From IMG/VR virus record IMGVR_UViG_2778261005_000009: DNA of 5,452 nt; one strand, written 5' to 3'. Below the pieces are notes generated by a model. It did no database searches. It saw only the letters and a list, made by a program, of their open reading frames with translations, and was not told the DNA's origin. Positions 1 to 4,528 of this stretch are shown here, one piece after another. The position numbers were made by a program, and so were the translations under genes. The DNA comes from a virus (taxonomy: Duplodnaviria > Heunggongvirae > Uroviricota > Caudoviricetes). Numbering within the stretch: position 1 is the stretch's first letter; the number at the start of each line of letters is the position of its first letter.

Positions 1-546
1 GAAAAACGAGTATTTTTAGTCATCCTGTTTACCTCTTTCTCAGGGAGTTTAGTCTCCAGGATTTCCGGGGCGGTTCACCTGGACGGCCTGAGCGAACCGA
101 TCGGGAAATTTTCGATGACTACTGTCTGGCAGCCGTCGCCGGATTTTCGACAACGGGCAGCAGTGTGGGGTATGGCTCTGCCTGAGCCGGAATTTACACC
201 TGCTGAGCTTGCCGCATTCCGGGATTACTGGATGGCGGAGGGGAAGGTTTTCACGCAGGTTCAGTGGGAGCAGAAATTTGCCCGCCACGTGCAGCACGTC
301 AGGGCACAGGTAAAACCAGTCAGCAAGGGGGGAAGCCATGCAGCATCAGGTGGCACGGCATCACGGGCAGTTCAGGAAATCCGGGCTGCACGCGAACAGT
401 GGGAACGTGACAACGGATTTATCAGCAACGGAAACGGCCTGGAAGCTGTGGGAGCTCATGGGGGAGGTGTATTCGAACCGCTGGACTCAGAAGAACGGGG
501 CCGCACCTTCGAAGCTCTGGATTGCCCAGATTGGTGCGATGACTGA
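1..546 (+). CDS. DnaT-like primosomal / replication protein, 5'-truncated (frame open from base 1)
   Basis: Frame 1 has no stop from base 1 to TGA at 544-546. The translation (..VHLDGLSEPIGKFSMTTVWQPSPDFRQRAAVWGMALPEPEFTPAELAAFRDYWMAEGKVFTQVQWEQKFAR..) matches the C-terminal domain of E. coli DnaT as I recall it (..[44 protein letters not shown]..). The similarity extends upstream of the ATG at 115, so the true start lies outside the window. The 3' boundary is uncertain because the ORF overlaps the P-like frame. Confidence 0.7.
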   Translation, partial: EKRVFLVILFTSFSGSLVSRISGAVHLDGLSEPIGKFSMTTVWQPSPDFRQRAAVWGMALPEPEFTPAELAAFRDYWMAEGKVFTQVQWEQKFARHVQHVRAQVKPVSKGGSHAASGGTASRAVQEIRAAREQWERDNGFISNGNGLEAVGAHGGGVFEPLDSEERGRTFEALDCPDWCDD

Positions 547-1000
547 ACAGCAAATCCGTCTGGTGTGCCGTCAGTGCATGGACCGCTGCCGGGCGGGTGA
601 AACGTGGCCCCCGGACCTGGCTGAGTTTGTTGCGCTGATTTCGGAGAGTGGGGCAAATCCATTTGGTCTTACGGTGGATGCCGTGATGGAAGAGTACCGG
701 CGCTGGCGCAATGAATCCTGGCGATACGACGGGAGTGATAAATACCCGTGGCCACAGCCTGTGCTGTACCACATCTGCCTCGAAATGCGTACCAGAGGGA
801 TTGAGCGCCAGATGACGCAAGGTGAGTTAAAACGACTTGCGGAACGGCAACTGACGAAATGGGCAAAGCATGTTGGTAACGGGATGAGTGTTCCGCCAGT
901 GCGACGACAACTGGAAGGGGCGAAACACCCGCAAGGGCCAACGCCAATTGAACGGCTGAAACAGGAATACGAACGCCGGAAGGCAGCTGGTTTTATTTGA
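458..1000 (+). CDS. Phage lambda P-like replication protein (DnaB helicase loader)
   Basis: Frame 2 ORF ending TGA 998-1000. The C-terminal two thirds resemble lambda P as recalled: DKYPWPQPVLYHI..GELKRLAERQL..VPPVRRQL versus lambda YPWKSNAHYWLV..AELRRKAADEL..IPEPVKQL, and WPPDLAEFVAL versus PFLPSPGQFVAW. Start is ambiguous: ATG 338 (G-rich SD, 209-nt overlap with the upstream gene), ATG 458 (GGAG 3 nt upstream, chosen as a compromise) or ATG 539 (8-nt overlap, no SD). Confidence 0.7.
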   Translation: MGEVYSNRWTQKNGAAPSKLWIAQIGAMTEQQIRLVCRQCMDRCRAGETWPPDLAEFVALISESGANPFGLTVDAVMEEYRRWRNESWRYDGSDKYPWPQPVLYHICLEMRTRGIERQMTQGELKRLAERQLTKWAKHVGNGMSVPPVRRQLEGAKHPQGPTPIERLKQEYERRKAAGFI

Positions 1001-1033
1001 ATCTGAGAAACGATTTTGTCGGAGGAAATATTA

Positions 1034-1750
1034 ATGGAAACCGTATTTGACGCACTGAAAGCACTGAAAAAAGCCTCTTCACAGGTAGTGGCATCGCGCC
1101 TTGGAATCAGCCGCGAAGATGCTGTCAACGAACTGTGGAAACTGAAGCGCCGTGGTGAAGCGGATAACAAGGGGTCGATGTGGTGGCTGACTCAGACTGG
1201 TGAAAGTGAACCAGTGTCACCGGTACCGAAAGTGACAGCGCAAATGCTGACTGAGGCGATTGAACATCATGGCCCACAAACGGCGGATGAGCTGGCACTG
1301 ATGTTCGGGATTACCTCCCGCCGGGCGAATTCATCACTGGCCATGGCAATCAGCAAAGGGCGTCTGATTCGCGTGAATCAGGGCGGTAAATTTCGGTACT
1401 GCATACCGGGCGCTGATTTACCGGCAGAGCCGAAAGCCGCATCCATAACGGAAACGGATGGTAAAGCCTTTCCTCAGCCAGCAGGTGTTGCGTTACCAGT
1501 CGGGGAAGCGGAAACACAGGAAGAAATAAAAACGGAAAGTGTGGCGGTCACAGTGCAGTCACAGCCGTCGTTCACCAGAAAGCATCCGGATGGTCTGATT
1601 TTACCATCGCTGCATGTGGCTAACCGCGAGCTGCGCCGGGCAAAAGGTCAGGTTCAGAAGTGGGAGCGAGTCTGCGCCGCGCTGCGGGAGCTGAACAAGT
1701 GCCGGGATATTCTCCGGGATATTACCGCCACCAGAGAACAGCAGCGGTGA
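1034..1750 (+). CDS. DUF1627-like prophage protein with two winged-helix-like repeats
   Basis: ATG 1034 preceded by GGAGG (1021-1025) at 8-nt spacing; stop TGA 1748-1750. The track's TTG start at 1016 lies upstream of the SD and is unlikely. Two internally similar segments ([36 protein letters not shown] and [40 protein letters not shown]) look like winged-helix units. The DUF1627 name is from memory of lambdoid prophage proteins. Confidence 0.75.
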   Translation: METVFDALKALKKASSQVVASRLGISREDAVNELWKLKRRGEADNKGSMWWLTQTGESEPVSPVPKVTAQMLTEAIEHHGPQTADELALMFGITSRRANSSLAMAISKGRLIRVNQGGKFRYCIPGADLPAEPKAASITETDGKAFPQPAGVALPVGEAETQEEIKTESVAVTVQSQPSFTRKHPDGLILPSLHVANRELRRAKGQVQKWERVCAALRELNKCRDILRDITATREQQR

Positions 1751-2064
1751 GTGGGTGGAAGACGTGGTGCCGGGCGGAAATCATGATACTCCGGCAGTGT
1801 GCGGGAACGATGAAGGTAAAAAGCGTTGGCGCACTTATCGGACGAACTGAAGCGGCAGTGAGAACGAAGGCACGGGAGCTGGGCATCAGCATGATGTTAC
1901 GTGGTGATTTTCACCCGTCGGCAAAATATTCTCAGCGTGATATTGAGCTGGCGCGGCAACTGCATCAGAGAGGCATGCAAAGAAGGGAAATTGCCAGAAA
2001 ATTAGGCATGCCGCTGCGCATAGTGAATAACTACGTTTATTTCGACAGGAGGGTGTCTGCGTGA
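1747..2064 (+). CDS. Small DNA-binding protein with GcrA-like N-terminal motif and NinH/Fis-like C-terminal HTH
   Basis: Frame 1 ORF ending TGA 2062-2064. Proposed start GTG 1747 overlaps the upstream stop (GTGA); alternatives are ATG 1783 and ATG 1810, all with weak [16 protein letters not shown]...[21 protein letters not shown] resembles the GcrA N-terminal HTH pattern, and [20 protein letters not shown] resembles the lambda NinH HTH (QTEVARRLKCSRGTVRKYV). Confidence 0.6.
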   Translation: MSGWKTWCRAEIMILRQCAGTMKVKSVGALIGRTEAAVRTKARELGISMMLRGDFHPSAKYSQRDIELARQLHQRGMQRREIARKLGMPLRIVNNYVYFDRRVSA

Positions 2065-2288
2065 AAATCCTGTATCAGGATTACGGCCCGGTGGGGCAGG
2101 TGGTTATCAGCAGTACTGTAATGGAGTTTCGGAAGCATAACCGTGTGGTGGATGCTGTGCTGTTAACCTGTCCGGGGATATCGGCGAGTCGTGCAGGTGT
2201 GTTTATTATGAAGACGAAATTATATGGCAGTAAGGCGTGGATAAAGAAGGCGTATCGTGTAGCGTTGCAGGAGGTTAACAGTGAGTGA
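2061..2288 (+). CDS. Hypothetical phage protein (75 aa)
   Basis: GTG 2061 overlaps the upstream stop (GTGA) and is preceded by AGGAGG (2047-2052) at 8-nt spacing; stop TGA 2286-2288. No recognisable family. Confidence 0.6.
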   Translation: MKILYQDYGPVGQVVISSTVMEFRKHNRVVDAVLLTCPGISASRAGVFIMKTKLYGSKAWIKKAYRVALQEVNSE

Positions 2289-2592
2289 AATTAAAGAAAT
2301 GCCGGTAGTTCGTGACGGATATGGCTACTGGACACATCCTGAATATGAAAAATTCTGTGATGGTCGGGAATATATTTCAACGGAAGAGTTTAACGCCTGG
2401 ATGGAGGAAAATAATCTTCAATACGTCCTCTGCTTCAGAGATGAAGGATGTGCTGACCTTGATGCGTGTGATGCTGATATTTCTGCATGGGAACCGGAAC
2501 GACCAGAGGGCGATGGCTGGTTTATTGGTTCCATTCATGATACGGAAGATGGCCCGGTTTGTGTCTGGTTGCGAAATAAGGCTGAAGCATAA
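2281..2592 (+). CDS. Hypothetical acidic Cys-containing phage protein (103 aa)
   Basis: GTG 2281 preceded by AGGAGG (2268-2273) at 7-nt spacing and overlapping the upstream stop by 8 nt; alternative ATG 2299. Stop TAA 2590-2592. Acidic, with a CxDxDACDAD stretch. The overlapping frames 2312..2617(+) and 2377..2613(-) are rejected. Confidence 0.65.
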   Translation: MSEIKEMPVVRDGYGYWTHPEYEKFCDGREYISTEEFNAWMEENNLQYVLCFRDEGCADLDACDADISAWEPERPEGDGWFIGSIHDTEDGPVCVWLRNKAEA

Positions 2593-2691
2593 AGGCGATA
2601 AACCAACTAACAACTAAATACTGAAGATTTAAATCAGAAACGATTTTTATTAAATCCTTAACCGGAGGGATTCCTGCACCCTCAGAACATC

Positions 2692-2713
2692 AGGAGGCCG
2701 CCCGAAAGGGCGG
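2692..2713 (+). promoter_or_regulatory. SD-proximal hairpin: AGGAGG followed by a 6-bp GC stem with GAAA tetraloop, upstream of ATG 2720
   Basis: AGGAGG at 2692-2697; stem CCGCCC (2698-2703) / GGGCGG (2708-2713) with loop GAAA. Linear SD-to-ATG distance is 22 nt, but the folded hairpin would bring the SD to about 6 nt from the start. It could instead act as a weak terminator for the upstream operon, though no U-tract follows. Confidence 0.35.
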
Positions 2714-2719
2714 TAAGAA

Positions 2720-2938
2720 ATGAAACATTATTTAGAAAAAAATTACCCACGAAAGAGCAGAACAACAGAGTTTCTGTTTTTCATTCTGTTTATAGTGTTG
2801 ATGATACCGATATCCCCGCTATTACTGGTCTGGATAATTGGAAGGACATTTGAACCAGTTATTGAGCTATATACCGATGTGACATGGGAATCATTCAGCG
2901 CACTGCACAATAAAATTAATCCGTATAAGGAAAACTGA
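2720..2938 (+). CDS. Small single-pass membrane protein (72 aa) in an AT-rich insert
   Basis: ATG 2720, stop TGA 2936-2938. Predicted TM segment FLFFILFIVLMIPISPLLLVWIIG. The region 2600-2940 is markedly more AT-rich than its flanks, suggesting a separately acquired cargo gene. The stop overlaps the SD/start of the next gene. Confidence 0.5.
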   Translation: MKHYLEKNYPRKSRTTEFLFFILFIVLMIPISPLLLVWIIGRTFEPVIELYTDVTWESFSALHNKINPYKEN

Positions 2939-2939
2939 T

Positions 2940-3497
2940 ATGAGCACTATTACCAGAGAACGCGCGGAGATTAAATCATACATCACAGGCTTCCTGAGCG
3001 ACTCGGCGCACGATAACAAGTCTTCAGACAGCCTGCTGGCTAATGTGTTTCGTATCGCGCTGGCATCACTGGAAGCAGAGCCGATAGCAATGGTAGTGCC
3101 TGATGAAATGGATTTGCTTACCTGCCATCTCGACGGTGTAACTAAAACATATGCTGATGGCTGGAACGCCTGCCGCGTCGCCATGCTTCAGGCCGGAAAC
3201 TTTCGGGAAAATAAGAATTCGTCAACCAACAATTTTCGGGAAATCTCGGAAACGTCAACCAGATCTCCGATAACTCTGGATGGCTGGATAAGCTGTACTG
3301 AGCGAATGCCTGAAAAGAGCCAGAACGTGCTTATTTCGATGAATATCGATAGCGAGGCTGGGCCATTAATATATTCCGCACGCTATCTCGGAGGCACGTT
3401 CCGGCGCGGAGGTATAGCAGTTAGTCCGGGTAATGATCTTAGGCAAGCAACCCACTGGATGTCGCTACCAGAACCGCCGCAGGAGGTGAATCAATGA
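2940..3497 (+). CDS. DUF551-like phage protein (185 aa)
   Basis: ATG 2940 preceded by AAGGA (2927-2931) at 8-nt spacing; stop TGA 3495-3497. The C-terminal segment (ITLDGWISCTERMPEKSQNVLIS...YLGG..F) resembles the DUF551 domain as I recall it. The linker contains an in-frame tandem duplication (see repeat feature). Confidence 0.75.
   Translation: MSTITRERAEIKSYITGFLSDSAHDNKSSDSLLANVFRIALASLEAEPIAMVVPDEMDLLTCHLDGVTKTYADGWNACRVAMLQAGNFRENKNSSTNNFREISETSTRSPITLDGWISCTERMPEKSQNVLISMNIDSEAGPLIYSARYLGGTFRRGGIAVSPGNDLRQATHWMSLPEPPQEVNQ
3198..3263 (+). repeat. Imperfect in-frame tandem duplication (2 x 33 bp) inside the DUF551-like gene
   Basis: aaCtttcgggaaaATAAGAATTcgtcaaccaAC (3198-3230) versus aaTtttcgggaaaTCTCGGAAAcgtcaaccaGA (3231-3263); encodes NFRENKNSSTN / NFREISETSTR. 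Confidence 0.6.
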
Positions 3498-3577
3498 CCT
3501 GGCCTGAAGCATTCACAACGGTAGGAATTGCGATGGCGGTGGCGCTGGTGGTGTATTCGATTTGCCGCTGGGGATAA
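3494..3577 (+). CDS. Putative 27-aa hydrophobic micro-protein, translationally coupled to the DUF551-like gene
   Basis: ATG 3494 forms an ATGA overlap with the upstream stop and is preceded by AGGAGG (3481-3486) at 7-nt spacing; stop TAA 3575-3577. Product MTWPEAFTTVGIAMAVALVVYSICRWG is a single predicted TM helix. It falls below the ORF-track length cutoff. The SD may be coincidental, since it also encodes residues of the upstream protein. Confidence 0.35.
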   Translation: MTWPEAFTTVGIAMAVALVVYSICRWG

Positions 3578-3612
3578 AAACGGTTTGCGGGAAAAGGATA
3601 GTTAAGTAGAAT
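3574..3612 (+). promoter_or_regulatory. Candidate promoter for the hok mRNA
   Basis: Candidate -10 elements GATAGT (3597-3602) or TAGAAT (3607-3612), with a weak -35 (TTGCGG 3585-3590 for the latter). Placement is constrained by the 5'-3' complementarity, which requires the transcript to start at or before about 3613. No strong consensus match. Confidence 0.25.
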
Positions 3613-3630
3613 TGCTGCGGGTGCTTGAGG
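3613..3630 (+). promoter_or_regulatory. 5' element of hok mRNA complementary to its 3' end (tac/fbi-like long-range pairing, 5' partner)
   Basis: tgctgcgggtgcttgagg (3613-3630) pairs antiparallel with cctcaacgcacccgcg (3993-4008): 6 bp, a one-nucleotide bulge (C3999), then 10 bp including one G-U. Confidence 0.45.
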
Positions 3631-3664
3631 CTATCTGCCTCGGGCATGAACACCAACGGCAGAT

Positions 3665-3739
3665 AGAGAAAAGCCCCAGTTAACATTACGCGTCCTGCAA
3701 GACGCCTAACATTAATCTGAGGCTCAATCTATGAACGGC
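3665..3739 (-). ncRNA. Putative Sok-like antisense RNA (type I antitoxin), about 75 nt
   Basis: Minus-strand sigma70-like promoter (below) would start transcription near + coordinate 3739. The transcript is antisense to the upstream in-frame ATG (3731) and its SD (GAGG 3719-3722). It ends in a terminator-like structure on the minus strand: outer stem ccucag/cugggg (3717-3722 with 3674-3679, one G-U), inner stem gcguc/gacgc (3690-3694 with 3701-3705), then U-tract cuuuucucu (+ 3665-3673). Ends are approximate. Confidence 0.4.
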
Positions 3740-3745
3740 AAATCT

Positions 3746-3774
3746 AGGTTAGCCTCTTACGTGCCGAAAGGCAA
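3746..3774 (-). promoter_or_regulatory. Candidate promoter of the Sok-like antisense RNA
   Basis: On the minus strand: -35 TTGCCT (+ coordinates 3774..3769), 17-nt spacer, -10 TAACCT (3751..3746). The -35 overlaps the hok SD region on the opposite strand. Confidence 0.35.
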
Positions 3775-3787
3775 GGAGAAGCAGGCT

Positions 3788-3943
3788 ATGAAGCAGCAAA
3801 AGGCGATGTTAATCGCCCTGATCGTCATCTGTTTAACCGTCATAGTGACGGCACTGGTAACGAGGAAAGACCTCTGCGAGGTGCGAATCCGAACCGGTCA
3901 GACGGAGGTCGCTGTCTTCGTAGACTACGAATCTGAGAAGTAA
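3788..3943 (+). CDS. hok: Hok/Gef-family type I toxin (51 aa membrane peptide)
   Basis: ATG 3788 preceded by AGGAG (3774-3778) at 9-nt spacing; stop TAA 3941-3943. Product MKQQKAMLIALIVICLTVIVTALVTRKDLCEVRIRTGQTEVAVFVDYESEK aligns along its length with plasmid R1 Hok ([52 protein letters not shown]) and is very close to chromosomal HokD/RelF as recalled. The track ORF 3731..3943 is an in-frame upstream extension (ATG 3731), possibly a mok-like leader reading frame. Confidence 0.9.
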   Translation: MKQQKAMLIALIVICLTVIVTALVTRKDLCEVRIRTGQTEVAVFVDYESEK

Positions 3944-3992
3944 GAGACCAGGCGGGGGAGTAATCTCCCGCCACCTCTGATGTGTCAGGCAT

Positions 3993-4008
3993 CCTCAACG
4001 CACCCGCG
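3993..4008 (+). promoter_or_regulatory. 3' element of hok mRNA complementary to its 5' end (fbi-like, 3' partner)
   Basis: cctcaacgcacccgcg (3993-4008) is the antiparallel partner of 3613-3630. It implies a transcript of about 400 nt, similar to the known R1 hok mRNA length. A further imperfect hairpin lies at 3951-3972 just after the hok stop. Confidence 0.45.
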
Positions 4009-4009
4009 C

Positions 4010-4037
4010 TTTACCATACTGAAAATGCTGTTTGAAT
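4010..4037 (+). promoter_or_regulatory. Candidate sigma70 promoter with extended -10 for the YgiW/BOF-family gene
   Basis: -35 TTTACC (4010-4015), 16-nt spacer, TG at 4029-4030 followed by -10 TTGAAT (4032-4037). Position fits a transcription start about 20 nt upstream of ATG 4063. Weak consensus. Confidence 0.3.
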
Positions 4038-4062
4038 GTTCATCTCTGAAAGAGGACTATGA

Positions 4063-4407
4063 ATGAAAAAGGTATTGATTGCAGCACTTATTTCCGGTGT
4101 GTCTTTTGGCGCTTTTGCACAGCAGGGTGGTTTCCAGGGGCCAGAAGCAGAGCGTTCAACAGTAGCGCAGGCAAAAGAACTGAAGGATGATGCATGGGTT
4201 ATCCTTGAAGGGAGCATCGTTAAAAAAGTGGGTGATGAACGTTATGAGTTTCGTGACAATAGCGGGACAATTGTCACGGATATTGATGACAGCGTATGGG
4301 CCGGGCAGAATGTTTCTCCGAAAGACAAAGTAAGAATTGAGGGTGAAATTGATAAAGACCTGAGCAGTGTTGAAGTTGATGTAAAGGCACTGAAATTATT
4401 AAAGTAA
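4063..4407 (+). CDS. YgiW/YdeI (BOF, bacterial OB-fold) family periplasmic protein with signal peptide (114 aa)
   Basis: ATG 4063 preceded by AGAGGA (4051-4056) at 6-nt spacing; stop TAA 4405-4407. N-terminal signal peptide MKKVLIAALISGVSFGAFA followed by QQGGFQGP, then C-terminal IVTDIDDSVW...VRIEGEIDKD...VEVDVKALKLLK, which matches the BOF/YgiW pattern. Confidence 0.88.
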   Translation: MKKVLIAALISGVSFGAFAQQGGFQGPEAERSTVAQAKELKDDAWVILEGSIVKKVGDERYEFRDNSGTIVTDIDDSVWAGQNVSPKDKVRIEGEIDKDLSSVEVDVKALKLLK

Positions 4408-4424
4408 CCGCCCCTGCTTGTTAA

Positions 4425-4453
4425 GCCCGTCTTACTGACGGGTTTTCTGTTTG
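4425..4453 (+). terminator. Rho-independent terminator downstream of the YgiW/BOF-family gene
   Basis: Stem GCCCGTC (4425-4431) / GACGGGT (4437-4443), loop TTACT, followed by a T-rich tract (ttttctgtttg), 18 nt after the stop codon. Confidence 0.8.
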
Positions 4454-4479
4454 TACATTCCGGCGTATTGCCTTACAAT
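4451..4479 (+). promoter_or_regulatory. Candidate sigma70 promoter for the 4529 ORF / DUF968-like gene
   Basis: -35 TTGTAC (4451-4456), 17-nt spacer, -10 TACAAT (4474-4479). A TGACA-N5-TGTCA palindrome (4502-4516) sits between the -10 and the SD. Confidence 0.35.
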
Positions 4480-4528
4480 TCGCGCAGTCAGCCTGAACAA
4501 CTGACACCTGCTGTCACCGGAGAATCCG

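Noticed and set aside
1016-1033. TTG start at 1016 for the DUF1627-like gene (as in the ORF track)
   Set aside because: The GGAGG at 1021-1025 lies downstream of that TTG and is correctly spaced for ATG 1034, so 1034 is the more likely start.
49-1170. Minus-strand ORFs 49..339, 422..820, 456..662, 571..1170 and 669..947
   Set aside because: All lie antisense to the well-supported DnaT-like and P-like + strand genes, have Arg/Ser/Pro/His-rich low-complexity translations typical of antisense frames, and lack convincing ribosome-binding sites.
1660-1746. ATG 1660 as start of the HTH protein (track ORF 1660..2064)
   Set aside because: It would overlap the DUF1627-like gene by 91 nt, and the N-terminal extension is Arg/Ala/Gly-rich out-of-frame-looking sequence. 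GTG 1747 or ATG 1783 is more plausible.
2312-2617. Overlapping ORFs 2312..2617 (+) and 2377..2613 (-)
   Set aside because: Both are alternative frames of the 2281..2592 gene, which has a strong SD and a more protein-like translation.
2891-3184. Minus-strand ORF 2891..3184
   Set aside because: Antisense to the DUF551-like gene with no SD; likely spurious.
4011-4217. Minus-strand ORF 4011..4217
   Set aside because: Antisense to the start of the YgiW-family gene and to the hok 3' region; no SD and low-complexity translation.
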